A stretch of DNA of 64,000 bases from an uncultured Gemmatimonadales bacterium. GTDB lineage: Bacteria; Gemmatimonadota; Gemmatimonadetes; Gemmatimonadales; Gemmatimonadaceae. The stretch is taken from NCBI GenBank assembly GCA_963701965.1, contig OY969695.1:1024001-1088000 (forward strand). The letters are read 5' to 3'. The position numbers and the translations under genes were made by a program. This document shows, in pieces, positions 1 to 9,671 of this stretch (positions are counted from its first letter, which is position 1; every line of letters begins with the position of its first letter). The notes below the pieces were generated by a model, which worked only from the letters and a program-made list of their open reading frames with translations, searched no databases and was not told the DNA's origin.

Positions 1-95
1 TTGTCCAGAAAATCCCATAATCTCAAAATGTCGGTGGTTACGGGAAGGGGTGCAACGCCCGTGCCCCGGTTCGACTGCCGTCGCGGCAGAGTCGG

Positions 96-1337
96 TTACG
101 TCAGCTGCCGGCGTATCATGTCGAGCGCCGCCTGAGTGGCACGATAGCGGTTTTCGTCGCGGTCGCCGAAGAAATGCGAGCGGCGGCTTTCGGTGGGCCA
201 CGGGCCCGCGACGGCAATGCAGGTCGTGCCGACGGGCTTGTCGGGCGTTGCCCCGCCCGGCCCGGAGATGCCGGTCACCCCGATGCCGATCGAGGCGCCG
301 ATGCGATCGCGCGCACCCTCGGCCATCGCCCGGGCCACCGTCTCGCTGACCGCGCCGTCGCGCGCGATGAGTCCGGGCTCCACGCCAAGCTCTTTGGTCT
401 TGACGTCGTTCGCATACGCGATGACCCCGCCCAGCACCACGTCGCTGGACCCCGGAATCGCCGTGAGCCGGGAGCCCAACATCCCACCGGTGCAGCTCTC
501 ACCCACCGCGATGGTCAGGCTTCGTTCGCGGCACAGTTCGAGCACGACCGCGGCCAGATCGTCGCGATCGCCGCCATAGGCGTAGCGTCCGGCGCAGGCG
601 CGGAGCGCGGCGCCGCCCGCGGCGAGCGCGTGATCCGCGTCGGCGGCGGAGAGGCCTATAGCCGTGAGACGCAGGTCGACTCCGTCGGGACCCGGCAGGT
701 AGGCGAGCGGCAACCCACCGACGCCATGGGCGATCGGGCCCAACATCTCGGCCAGCTTGGACTCGGCGATGCCCGTCGTGCGCACCGTCGTCGAACGCAC
801 GACCGTGTCGCCGTCGATCCGGGGGCGCAGCACGGGGATCAGCGCGTCGTCCAGCATGCCCCGCATCTCCCGCGGCACCCCGGGCAGCATCGCCACCCAG
901 CGGCCCCGTTCGTCCTCGAGCCAGATGCCGGGCGCCGAGCCGTGGCGATTGACGAGAATCGTGGCGCCTTCGGGTATCATGGCCTGCTGGCGGTTCGGTG
1001 CCGGCAGCGGCGCCGCGAAGCGCGCCGCCCAGCGCTCGGTCAACCGGGCCAGGATCTCTTCGTCGAGCCGCATCGGGCGACCAAAGATCGCGGCGATGGC
1101 CTCTTTGGTCCGGTCATCGCTCGTGGGCCCGAGACCACCGGTGGTGATGACGGCGCCCGTCCGATCCAACGCATCGCGCACGGCGGCCGCGATCGCGTCC
1201 GGCTCGTCGCCGGCGGTCGTGCGGCGCGGGATGGAGACCCCAATGGCCGCCAGGTGTCGCGCCAGGTACGCCGCGTTCGTGTCGACCGTAAATCCGAGCA
1301 GCAGCTCGTCGCCGATCGTGACCAGTTCAACGCGCAC
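96..1337 (-). CDS. cinA: Competence/damage-inducible protein CinA (MoCF-biosynthesis-like domain + PncC domain)
   Basis: N-term ELVTIGDELLLG..DTNA, TTGGLGPTSDD, LPGVPREM; C-term ESCTGG, GAVSE, GVTGISGPGG; follows pgsA as usual. Confidence 0.95.
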   Translation of the reverse strand: MRVELVTIGDELLLGFTVDTNAAYLARHLAAIGVSIPRRTTAGDEPDAIAAAVRDALDRTGAVITTGGLGPTSDDRTKEAIAAIFGRPMRLDEEILARLTERWAARFAAPLPAPNRQQAMIPEGATILVNRHGSAPGIWLEDERGRWVAMLPGVPREMRGMLDDALIPVLRPRIDGDTVVRSTTVRTTGIAESKLAEMLGPIAHGVGGLPLAYLPGPDGVDLRLTAIGLSAADADHALAAGGAALRACAGRYAYGGDRDDLAAVVLELCRERSLTIAVGESCTGGMLGSRLTAIPGSSDVVLGGVIAYANDVKTKELGVEPGLIARDGAVSETVARAMAEGARDRIGASIGIGVTGISGPGGATPDKPVGTTCIAVAGPWPTESRRSHFFGDRDENRYRATQAALDMIRRQLT

Positions 1338-1347
1338 GGCCGACGGG

Positions 1348-2052
1348 TCAGGGCGCCTGGCGGGCGTCAGCGCGCGGTCGCGCGAGGACGGCGCCGTAGC
1401 GGCCCAAATACAGGCCGAAAGAGTAGAGCGAGAGCGCGACGGCGCCGAGAAGGGCGCCGGTGCCGACGATCCCGATGAAGTCGGAGGCGGGCGTGACGAA
1501 CACCGGCGGCAGCGACCAGGCGCCGAAGGCGCTCGTGGCGAAGAACCAGAAGAGGGCGGAGCCGATCCACGTCCACTGGAATCCCGTCTTCCATTTGGCC
1601 AATGCGATCGCCGAGACGACGATCCCGCGTCGGAGCGCGGCTTGGCGGAACAGTGTCATGAGCAGCTCGCGCCCCAGGATCACGGCGACGACCCAGAACG
1701 GCAATGGCACATCGCCGAACGGCGTATGAAATGGCTCCGGGAGGAGGCCCAGGAACCCGGCGCTAGCCGTGAAGTTCCCCAGCACATCGTGGGCCCGCCC
1801 CTGGAGGATGTAGATCGGGGTGACCGTGGCCGCCAGCAGCAACTTGTCCGCCAGGGGATCGAGCAGGCGACCCAGGTTGGTAACCATGTTCCGTTCGCGC
1901 GCCAGCTTCCCATCAATGTAGTCCGTGACGGCGGCGACGACGAACATCACGAACGCGACGAGGCGCAGCGGCCAGGATGGCCACAGGGCGAGCAACGCGA
2001 CCGCCGGCGCGGCGACGATACGCCCGACGGTGATCGCGTTCGGTAGGTTCAC
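1348..2052 (-). CDS. pgsA: CDP-diacylglycerol--glycerol-3-phosphate 3-phosphatidyltransferase
   Basis: MNLPNAITVGR start; CDP-alcohol motif DYIDGKLAR..TNLGRLLDPLADK; GRE and KWKT motifs. Confidence 0.88.
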   Translation of the reverse strand: MNLPNAITVGRIVAAPAVALLALWPSWPLRLVAFVMFVVAAVTDYIDGKLARERNMVTNLGRLLDPLADKLLLAATVTPIYILQGRAHDVLGNFTASAGFLGLLPEPFHTPFGDVPLPFWVVAVILGRELLMTLFRQAALRRGIVVSAIALAKWKTGFQWTWIGSALFWFFATSAFGAWSLPPVFVTPASDFIGIVGTGALLGAVALSLYSFGLYLGRYGAVLARPRADARQAP

Positions 2053-2097
2053 AAGTCACCTCATGAGGAGCGCGGTGCGCTCACCGGCGGCCGCCCG

Positions 2098-2775
2098 TTA
2101 CGCGAGCGACTTGAGCACCAGCTTGCTGACCGCCTTGAGCGTGTCGAAGACCCCATCGCCACTGACTGCGACGGCCTCGAAATATGGCGCCCGCTCCACC
2201 CATTCCCCAGTAGGCAGCTGCTCAATCAGGTTTTCACCCGCATGACTCGGGTCCGGCATGACACGCTGGCGCGTCGCGTCCTCGACCTCCCATCCCGGGT
2301 TGAGGGACGCTTGGAGGTCACAAATGGCGGCGGCGTTGGGCAGATCGCGCTTGTTGTACTGGACGATGAACGGCATGCGCCGGAGATCGTATCCGTACTC
2401 CGCCATATTGTCGTACAGGTTCTGCATCGCTTCCTGGTTCGCTTCCATGCGCTCGATCTGCGAGTCGGCCACGAAAACGATCCCGTCGACGCCCTTGAGA
2501 ATCAGCTTGCGGCTGGCGTTGTAGTAGACCTGTCCCGGGACCGTGTACAGGTGGAAGCGGGTCTTGAACCCGCGGATGGTCCCCAGATCGACCGGCAAGA
2601 AGTCAAAGAAGAGCGTCCGTTCCGTCTCGGTCGCCAGCGAGATGAGCTTGCCGCGCGTCTCGGGCTGCACTTTGGCGTAGACGTGCTCGAGGTTCGACGT
2701 CTTGCCGCCGAGTCCCGGCCCGTAGTACACGATTTTGCAGTTGATCTCGCGCGAGGCGTAGTTGATCATCGACAT
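2098..2775 (-). CDS. mglA: MglA small Ras-like GTPase
   Basis: [48 protein letters not shown]. Confidence 0.95.
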   Translation of the reverse strand: MSMINYASREINCKIVYYGPGLGGKTSNLEHVYAKVQPETRGKLISLATETERTLFFDFLPVDLGTIRGFKTRFHLYTVPGQVYYNASRKLILKGVDGIVFVADSQIERMEANQEAMQNLYDNMAEYGYDLRRMPFIVQYNKRDLPNAAAICDLQASLNPGWEVEDATRQRVMPDPSHAGENLIEQLPTGEWVERAPYFEAVAVSGDGVFDTLKAVSKLVLKSLA

Positions 2776-2787
2776 GACTGTCGCCCC

Positions 2788-3279
2788 TTACTGAAACAGT
2801 CTGTCAATCTCGTCATCCGCGCCCGAGAGGATGTTGGGTTGTTCCCCCCCCTCGGCAGTCTGTCCGCGCGCGAACACGTGCTCGAACAACTTCGTCAGGT
2901 CATCGACCGCGGTTTTCATTTTCAGGCGCACAAGACCGAGCGTCGTGCGGTTGTCGAACAGCACGACCAGAATGACCCGTCGGGCCACGTCGGCGAGGTA
3001 CATCGACTCTTTCTCGCCCTGGTGAAAGAGCGTGTTGAAGTCGGTCTCCCCGATCAGCCGCGCCAGTTGATCATTGGCCGAGAAGTCCGCCGCGGTCAGC
3101 GTGGCGAAGGCGGTGGGGTCGAACGTCGGCTGTTCGCCGACCGTCGTCACCAGCTGGCCCGTGCGGTCGACCAGGAGGGCACATCGGGCGTTGCTCTCGT
3201 AGAGGAACCGGTGGAGGGCTTGGGTGATGGCCCCGTAGTCATCTTCCGTGAACGACCAGCTTGCTGAGCCGACAGCCAT
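2788..3279 (-). CDS. mglB: MglB roadblock/LC7 GTPase-activating protein
   Basis: CALLVDRTGQLV, LARLIGE..F..LFHQGE, FDNRTTLGLVRL, DDEIDRLF; GGTGGAG RBS before ATG 3279; adjacent to mglA. Confidence 0.92.
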   Translation of the reverse strand: MAVGSASWSFTEDDYGAITQALHRFLYESNARCALLVDRTGQLVTTVGEQPTFDPTAFATLTAADFSANDQLARLIGETDFNTLFHQGEKESMYLADVARRVILVVLFDNRTTLGLVRLKMKTAVDDLTKLFEHVFARGQTAEGGEQPNILSGADDEIDRLFQ

Positions 3280-3288
3280 TGACTCCAC

Positions 3289-3600
3289 CTAGTCGAGTGA
3301 CGCCTCCATGCGTCGCAGCACTTGCCGGCCGCGTCGGCGGAGGACCGATCGAGGTTCCCACTGGATATAGTCACGGAGCAGCCGGACGTTGTCGACGCTC
3401 GGGGTCCCGACGATGTACCCGAGTGCCGCCAGGCGCCGGAGGGAGTGCCTGCTGAAGAGGTCCCGCCGGTGCCGGTGTTGATGCCGGCTCCAGAACAGGA
3501 CACCTACCGCGAGCCCTCCCAAGAACCCGAGCGCCGCCAGGCTGGCGCGGTCGCGCCCCCCACCGTCCCGGGTCTCTCTCCGCCTGTTTCTCGTTCTCAT
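3289..3600 (-). CDS. Hypothetical single-TM protein with short helical-repeat-like C-terminus
   Basis: ATGA overlap with recR stop; one hydrophobic segment; fills the gap between recR and mglB. Confidence 0.75.
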   Translation of the reverse strand: MRTRNRRRETRDGGGRDRASLAALGFLGGLAVGVLFWSRHQHRHRRDLFSRHSLRRLAALGYIVGTPSVDNVRLLRDYIQWEPRSVLRRRGRQVLRRMEASLD

Positions 3601-4187
3601 GGCATCTCCCGGCGTGCCGAAAGAGCCTGCGCGATAGTGACGCCGTCAGCGTACTCCAGGTCACCGCCCACGGGCAGGCCGCGGGCGATCCGCGAGACAC
3701 GGGCGCCTAGGGGTGCGAGCTGTCTCTGCAGGTACAGCGCCGTCGCCTCGCCCTCCAGACTGGGATTCGTGGCTACGATCACCTCGCGGATACCACCGTT
3801 GGCGACGCGGGTCACGAGTGAGGACACCGTGAGGTCGTCGGGACCGACGCCGTCGAGGGGGGAGAGCCGGCCGCCCAGGACGTGATAGACGCCCCGATAC
3901 TCGCCCGCGCGCTCGATGGCGCCAATATCGGCGGCTTCCTCGACCACGCACACGACGCCGGCCTCGCGCCGGACGTCGAGACAAATGGCGCACACCGGCT
4001 CCTCCGTGAGGTTATAGCAACGGTCGCAGGTGCGGACGCGTTCGGCGAGCGTGACCAAGGCCTCGGCGAGGCGCCGACTCTGGTCGGGGGGGCGCTTCAG
4101 CAGATGATACGTCAGGCGGAGCGCCGTCTTACGGCCGATCCCGGGGAGCTTGGCCAGCTCCATGGTCAAGTCGTCGATCGCGCTCAC
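3597..4187 (-). CDS. recR: Recombination mediator RecR
   Basis: LPGIGRKTA HhH, C4 zinc finger, Toprim ATNPSLEGEATA, GLPVGGDLEYAD. Confidence 0.97.
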   Translation of the reverse strand: MSAIDDLTMELAKLPGIGRKTALRLTYHLLKRPPDQSRRLAEALVTLAERVRTCDRCYNLTEEPVCAICLDVRREAGVVCVVEEAADIGAIERAGEYRGVYHVLGGRLSPLDGVGPDDLTVSSLVTRVANGGIREVIVATNPSLEGEATALYLQRQLAPLGARVSRIARGLPVGGDLEYADGVTIAQALSARREMP

Positions 4188-4196
4188 GCGTCGCTG

Positions 4197-4514
4197 TTAG
4201 AGCGGGAGTTGGAAAGGCAGGCCGAGTCCGCCGGTCAGCTTGCCCATCTCCTCCTGGGCCAGCGCGGCTGCCCTGCGTTGGGCATCCGTCATCGCGACCA
4301 AGACCAAGTCTTCGAGCATCTCGACATCGGTTGGCGAGACGACGCTGGGGTCGATCTTGATCGAGCGGATCTGGCCCTTTCCGTCGGCGGTGACCGTGAC
4401 CATCCCGCCGCCGGCCGCGCCTGATACCGTCTTCTGTTGCAGCTCTTCCTGCATCTGTTGGAGCCGGCCCTGCATCTGTTGGGCCTGCTGCAACAATTTC
4501 ATGATATCGGCCAT
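4197..4514 (-). CDS. ybaB: YbaB/EbfC nucleoid-associated protein
   Basis: QAQQMQ, AGGGMVTV, DVEMLEDLV; lies between dnaX and recR. Confidence 0.95.
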   Translation of the reverse strand: MADIMKLLQQAQQMQGRLQQMQEELQQKTVSGAAGGGMVTVTADGKGQIRSIKIDPSVVSPTDVEMLEDLVLVAMTDAQRRAAALAQEEMGKLTGGLGLPFQLPL

Positions 4515-4560
4515 GCCTGAAAGGTAGTCTGGTTGCGCTGAGTCGATGGCTACTCGATGG

Positions 4561-6201
4561 TTACTCGTCGACCAGATCGAGGTCGAGCGCGTCGATGGCC
4601 GCGCCGAGGAGGGCGTCGCTCCGGCGGAGCCGGGCGACCTGGTCCACCTTCAGCTTTTCGTGCGAGAGCCGCCGCGGAGCGGCCGGTTGATCCGCCGCGG
4701 GCACGGGCACGTCGATCCGCACGTGGGCGACACCGTCGACGAACTCGCCGAGTACGGCCACGAGTTGGTCCTGGCCGCTCTCGATCTTCCGGACATAGAT
4801 CTCGTTCGGCTCCTCGAGGCGGATCGTGAGCACCCCGGCCGCCGAGAGCGAGAGCGGGCGCGCGTGCTCGAGCGAGGCACCGAGCATAGGGGACAGGGCC
4901 CGCACCCGCGTGACGACGTCATTCCAACGCGCGTTGATCGCCCCCGACCCGCCCGTCGGCGCCGCGCTCGGCGCCGCTTTGGCGGGAGGCCCGGGCCGCG
5001 GCGCCGGTGGGTGGGGCCGGGCGGGATCGCCCCCGCTGTCCGGCGGGCGGCGGTCGCCGCCGCCGAGCTCGCGGAGCACGTCCTCCAACGCCACCGAGCG
5101 GTCGAGCAGCGCGAACCGGAGCAACAGCGTCTCCAACAGTAGCTGCTGCTGCCCGCTGCGCCGGAACTGCGGTTCGAGCTCGGTCAGCGCATGCAGCATC
5201 CGCAGGAGGTCGGCCGCGGTGAGCGCCGAACGCCGTTCGGTGAACGCTGAACGCATCCGCTCCGACATCTCCGGCGGGGACGCGCCAAGGATCACGGCCA
5301 GCTGCGCCCGAAGCGTCTCGGCGAACCCCGCCAGAAAGAGCGAAAAGTCGACGCCGAGATCGGCCAGCCGCGCGACGGCCCCGAACACCTCGCCCGCCCG
5401 CCGGCCGGCGATCACATCCAACATGGCGAGATACTCGTCCTCCGCCACGAGGCCGAGGGACTCGCGCACCCGATCCGCGGTGACCGCCGCGTCCGTGCCC
5501 AGCGCCAGGACCTGATCGGTGAGACTCAGCGCATCGCGCATCGACCCATCCGCGGCCCGCGCCAACATGGCGAGCGCATCGGCGTCGGCCGTGAGGCCCT
5601 CCGCGTCCAACACCGTCGCCAGCCGCGCCCGGATCTCGGTGGCCGGGATGCGTTTCAGATCAAAACGCTGCAGGCGACTCAATACCGGCGCCGCCGCCTG
5701 CGCGATCTTCTGCGGCTCCGTCGTCGCGAACACGAACACCACGCGCGGCGGCGGCTCCTCGAGCACCTTGAGCAGCGCGTTCCAGGCCTCGCGCGTCAGC
5801 ATGTGCGCTTCGTCCACGATGTAGACCTTGTAGCGATCGTCCCCCGACGGCGCATACATGGCCCGCTCCCGCAGCTCCCGCGCATCATCGACGCCACGAT
5901 TCGACGCCGCGTCGATCTCCACGACGTCGAGACTGGTGGAGCCACTCCAGATGCGGAGACACGAGGCGCACTCCCCGCACGGCTCGCCGTCGTCCCGGAG
6001 ATGCCGGCGCTCGCAGTTGAGCGCCATGGCCAGGACCCGGGCCAGTGTCGTCTTCCCCGTTCCCCGGGGTCCACAGAACAGGTAGCCGTGCGCGACGCGC
6101 CCGCGGGCGATGGCGCCCTTGAGAGTCGTGGAGACGTGCGACTGCACGGCGACCGAGGCGAACGACTTCGGCCGGTACTTACGCGCCAGAGCGAGGGGCA
6201 T
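4561..6201 (-). CDS. dnaX: DNA polymerase III subunit gamma/tau
   Basis: LARKYRP, GPRGTGKT, EIDAASNRGVD, DEAHML, NALLKVLEEPP; start placed at ATG 6201, just downstream of ffs. Confidence 0.97.
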   Translation of the reverse strand: MPLALARKYRPKSFASVAVQSHVSTTLKGAIARGRVAHGYLFCGPRGTGKTTLARVLAMALNCERRHLRDDGEPCGECASCLRIWSGSTSLDVVEIDAASNRGVDDARELRERAMYAPSGDDRYKVYIVDEAHMLTREAWNALLKVLEEPPPRVVFVFATTEPQKIAQAAAPVLSRLQRFDLKRIPATEIRARLATVLDAEGLTADADALAMLARAADGSMRDALSLTDQVLALGTDAAVTADRVRESLGLVAEDEYLAMLDVIAGRRAGEVFGAVARLADLGVDFSLFLAGFAETLRAQLAVILGASPPEMSERMRSAFTERRSALTAADLLRMLHALTELEPQFRRSGQQQLLLETLLLRFALLDRSVALEDVLRELGGGDRRPPDSGGDPARPHPPAPRPGPPAKAAPSAAPTGGSGAINARWNDVVTRVRALSPMLGASLEHARPLSLSAAGVLTIRLEEPNEIYVRKIESGQDQLVAVLGEFVDGVAHVRIDVPVPAADQPAAPRRLSHEKLKVDQVARLRRSDALLGAAIDALDLDLVDE

Positions 6202-6221
6202 GTAGGAGGGAGGGGACGTTA

Positions 6222-6318
6222 CCCCAGGCCCGGCGAAGCGACGCAAGACACCACATGCCGCTGCTACCTGCGGGGTCCTGACGGGGTTAGCGGGCTCACG
6301 CCCTCCGTGGACCTGGGG
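6222..6318 (-). ncRNA. ffs: Small bacterial SRP RNA (4.5S)
   Basis: Minus strand reads AACCCCGUCAGGACC-CCGCA-GGUAGCAGCGG (helix-8 CAGG/AGCA signature); ends CCCCAGGUCC / GGGCCUGGGG pair; immediately upstream of dnaX. Confidence 0.9.
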
Positions 6319-6331
6319 CGTGAGAAACGTA

Positions 6332-7237
6332 CTATTCGACCGCCTCCCACTGCAACCGCCGCACGCGACGCAGCTCGTACACTTGCCCCACTTCGCCGCC
6401 CAGCACGAAGATCGTCGCCGCGTAGTAGATCCAGACGATCGCGATGACGATCACCGCCAGCGTCCCCGTATAGAGCGAGCCCGGGTTGAAATGCCGGAGA
6501 TAGATCGCGAAGACGATCTTGGCCAGCTCGAGCAGGACCGCGGCGAACATGCCGGCGAGCAGCGCCGTCCGTCCGCGGATGAGGCGCTTGGGCAGGAATT
6601 TGTACAGCGAGAAGAACATGGCGGTGAGAAAAAAGAACTCGAACCCTCGCGCCGTCCAATACTCGAGGCGCCCCATCGCCGCCGATCGCACGCCGACGTC
6701 GGCCAGGATCTCGACACCCCGCGTCGTGGCCACGACCATGAACGCGTTGAGCGCCGTGTAGACGATGATGATGAGCGTCGCCACCACCGTGACTTTAATG
6801 TCGAAGATCTTGCCGTCGAGGATCCCCCGATCGTGATCGAGATCGAAGACTTGCGCGAGAACGCTGCGCAGCGATCCGAAGAGGCGGGTGGAGAACCAGA
6901 CGAAGGTGATGGCGCTGGCGATCCCCACCCGGCCGCGGACCCGGATGGCCTCGTTGAGCAATCCCATGACCACGTTGCCCATGTGCCCCGACTCCGGCGG
7001 CAACAGGCGGTCGACGAGGATGGAGACGCGCGACAGCGACGCGGCGGGCGAGAGGTCGAGAAAGTATCCGAGTCCGCTGACGAGGAGCAGGACGAACGGC
7101 ACGGCGGCCAGCAGGATGTTGAACGCGACACCGCTGGCCATGAAGAAGATGTTGTCTTCTCCACTGTTGTTCCAAACGCTCGTGATGTAGTCCCGTAGCG
7201 CCGAATCGCGCCACGCCGCTCGCAGTCCGCGAACCAG
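6332..7237 (-). CDS. YihY/virulence factor BrkB family membrane protein (start uncertain)
   Basis: FFMASGVAFNILLAAVPF, LYKFLP, SLYTGTLA..VWIYY..LGGE; about 6 TM segments; no clear ATG. Confidence 0.85.
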   Translation of the reverse strand: MVRGLRAAWRDSALRDYITSVWNNSGEDNIFFMASGVAFNILLAAVPFVLLLVSGLGYFLDLSPAASLSRVSILVDRLLPPESGHMGNVVMGLLNEAIRVRGRVGIASAITFVWFSTRLFGSLRSVLAQVFDLDHDRGILDGKIFDIKVTVVATLIIIVYTALNAFMVVATTRGVEILADVGVRSAAMGRLEYWTARGFEFFFLTAMFFSLYKFLPKRLIRGRTALLAGMFAAVLLELAKIVFAIYLRHFNPGSLYTGTLAVIVIAIVWIYYAATIFVLGGEVGQVYELRRVRRLQWEAVE

Positions 7238-7238
7238 G

Positions 7239-7613
7239 TCAGCCCTCGACGGGCTTGGGAACGTCGCGCTTGGACAGGTCGCGCCGGGCCTCGCGCGCCG
7301 CCTGGCGGGCCGCCGCCCGTCCCGCGGCCACCGCATCGGCCATGCGCTGCTTCTTCTCCTCCAGCACCAGCCGCGCCGACTCAATGCGTTGCTCGACGCG
7401 CTCCTTGGTCTCGGCGAACGACCCCGCGGCCGCGTCCTTGGCTTTCTTGACGCGCCGCGTGATATCGCCCCGCATCTCGGCCCCGCTCTTCGGCGCCAAC
7501 AACAGCGCCACTCCGGCGCCAACCGCCAACCCGAGCAGGAACGACCCGACGTCGCTCGAACGCTCCTGGATCACGACGTACGGGTCTTCGTCATCGACAT
7601 CATAGTGTCGCAT
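7239..7613 (-). CDS. YtxH domain-containing protein
   Basis: FLLGLAVGAGVALLLAPKSGAEMR motif followed by coiled coil. Confidence 0.88.
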   Translation of the reverse strand: MRHYDVDDEDPYVVIQERSSDVGSFLLGLAVGAGVALLLAPKSGAEMRGDITRRVKKAKDAAAGSFAETKERVEQRIESARLVLEEKKQRMADAVAAGRAAARQAAREARRDLSKRDVPKPVEG

Positions 7614-7627
7614 CGGATCATCCGTTG

Positions 7628-9043
7628 TTATTTGGGTTTCTTGCCGTTGGCTTTCTTGGACGCCTTGGCTTCGCCGTTCGGCGACGCGACGTATTCCGCC
7701 AGCTCCGACTGCAGACTGGGCTCACTCTCGCCGAGCATCGTCGCGGCGCGGCCCAGATCGCCATTGGCCGCCGCCCAGGTCTTGAGCACCAGCATCCGCC
7801 GCGCGTCGGCCGTCGTCGTGCCCACGGGGACCACGATCGTGTGGGCCGGCTCCGGCGTGTGGCGCACGTGGCGCGGCATGATCTCGCGCTGCGTGATCAC
7901 CGGGCCGCGCGACATCACCACGGCGCGCTCGACGCTGTTCTTGAGCTCGCGCACGTTCCCCGGCCAGGAGTACCCCACGATCCATTCCATCGCCGCGTCG
8001 TCGAACCCCTGGATCTTCTTGCCGTTCTGCTGGCAGAACCGCGCCAGGAACTCGTTGGCCAGCAGCGGGATGTCGACAATGCGCTCGCGCAGCGGGGGAA
8101 GGGCGATCTCGACGACCGCGAGACGATAATAGAGATCCTCGCGGAGCTCGTTGTCGTTGAGCGCCTGCTGAAGATCCCGGTTGGTCGCGGCTACGATCCG
8201 GATGTCGACCGCGATCTCTTTCTTGCCGCCGAGCCGGCGGACCGTACGCGACTCCAGCGCGCGCAGCAGCTTCACTTGGATGTCGGGCGGCATCTCCGCG
8301 ACCTCGTCGAGAAAGATCGTCCCCGTGGACGCCATCTCGAACGCACCGGGCTTCTCGTTCGTCGATCCGGTGAACGCGCCTTTTTCGTGCCCGAACAACT
8401 CGTTCTCCAGAATCTCCTTGGGCAGCGCGGCGCAGTTGAGGGCGAAGAACGGCCCTTTCGCCCGCTCGCTCTTGCTGTGGACCGCGCGCGCGACCAGCTC
8501 CTTCCCCGTCCCCGACTCCCCGAGGATGAGCACACTCGCCGTCGACGGCGCTACGGCGTCGATGATGCGATAGAGCTCGCGCATCGGCTCCGACTGGCCC
8601 GCCAACTCGGCATAATGCGTGAGGCCTTCCAGCTGCGACGCCAGCTCGCGGTTCCGGAGCTGCATGGCGTGCTTGTCGAGCGCCTTGGGAATCAGCGCTT
8701 TGAGCCGGTTGAGCTTCTCGGTGTTGAGCGGCTTCTCGATATAGTCGTAGGCGCCGCCTTGCATCGCCTCGACGGCCGAGTCGATCGTCGCCTGCCCCGT
8801 AATGATGATGCACTCGGTCTGGATCGCGCGCGCCTGCAGCTCCCGCAAGAGCTCGAGGCCATTGATCTTGGGCATCTTGAGATCGGCCAGCACCAGGCCG
8901 AACCGGTCGCTTTGGAGACGTTCCAGCGCCTGTTGCCCGTCGGCCACCACCTCGACGTCGTAGTCGAGGTCACTCAGGATGGCGCTCAGGCCGCTCGTGA
9001 TCGCGGCCTCGTCATCGGCAATCAATATCTTCGCAAGCGTCAT
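7628..9043 (-). CDS. Sigma-54-dependent response regulator (REC-AAA+-HTH, NtrC/AtoC type)
   Basis: ILIADDE, ADLKMP, GESGTGKE, ELFGHEKGAFTGS, WPGNVREL. Confidence 0.95.
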   Translation of the reverse strand: MTLAKILIADDEAAITSGLSAILSDLDYDVEVVADGQQALERLQSDRFGLVLADLKMPKINGLELLRELQARAIQTECIIITGQATIDSAVEAMQGGAYDYIEKPLNTEKLNRLKALIPKALDKHAMQLRNRELASQLEGLTHYAELAGQSEPMRELYRIIDAVAPSTASVLILGESGTGKELVARAVHSKSERAKGPFFALNCAALPKEILENELFGHEKGAFTGSTNEKPGAFEMASTGTIFLDEVAEMPPDIQVKLLRALESRTVRRLGGKKEIAVDIRIVAATNRDLQQALNDNELREDLYYRLAVVEIALPPLRERIVDIPLLANEFLARFCQQNGKKIQGFDDAAMEWIVGYSWPGNVRELKNSVERAVVMSRGPVITQREIMPRHVRHTPEPAHTIVVPVGTTTADARRMLVLKTWAAANGDLGRAATMLGESEPSLQSELAEYVASPNGEAKASKKANGKKPK

Positions 9044-9636
9044 GCGGCTGGGGACACTGGGGGAAAGATGAGAGAGACATGATCCGGCGCGGCATGCACC
9101 GTGATACCCGCGCCCTCGGCGATCCTGCTCACCGCGGCCGGAAGCCCGGCGCCCTCGATCCGGACGGCGGTCGCGTCATCGCGTAGACTCACAATAACGT
9201 GGGAGACCGTGCCCGCGCCCAAAGTCGTCAACGCGGCGGCGAGGCTGAGGCGGACGACATCCCCCGCGACACTCGTGGCCTGCCCAACGCCCGCCAGCTC
9301 GATCCGGCAACGAGCAGCCTCAGCTATGGGGATCAGATGGTCGAGTACAGCGCGCGGATCGACCGGGTTGGGCACCGGGCGGGCCAGCCACAGCACACTC
9401 TGCAGGAGCCGCGTCGCGGCGTCGAGGTGCTCCGCGGCGCGATCGGCGAAAGGCGCCACGCGCTCGAGCGCCCAGCCATCCGCCGGCGACGCGGAAGCGA
9501 CGCGCGTCTGCACGACCGCGAGATTCACCGCGACACTGTTCAACGCGTTGTTCACCTCATGCGCCACCGGCGATGCCAGGCGCCCGAGCACATCGAGCCA
9601 CAGCGTCGCCACGGTTGGAGTCGTCGGATCTGTCAT
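9040..9636 (-). CDS. Sensor-less HisKA-like protein with degenerate ATPase domain
   Basis: H-box VAHEVNNALNSV; no N/G1/G2 boxes recognised; ATGA-coupled to the regulator. Confidence 0.7.
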   Translation of the reverse strand: MTDPTTPTVATLWLDVLGRLASPVAHEVNNALNSVAVNLAVVQTRVASASPADGWALERVAPFADRAAEHLDAATRLLQSVLWLARPVPNPVDPRAVLDHLIPIAEAARCRIELAGVGQATSVAGDVVRLSLAAALTTLGAGTVSHVIVSLRDDATAVRIEGAGLPAAVSRIAEGAGITVHAAPDHVSLIFPPVSPAA

Positions 9637-9671
9637 TCAGGAACCGGGCCGCCTCCCCGAAAAAAATAGCC

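Noticed and set aside
1..18. Possible gene start (MGFSGQ) running off the left edge on the minus strand
   Set aside because: Too short to support a call
4561..6201. Programmed frameshift in dnaX
   Set aside because: No A-AAA-AAG or long A-run slippery site seen
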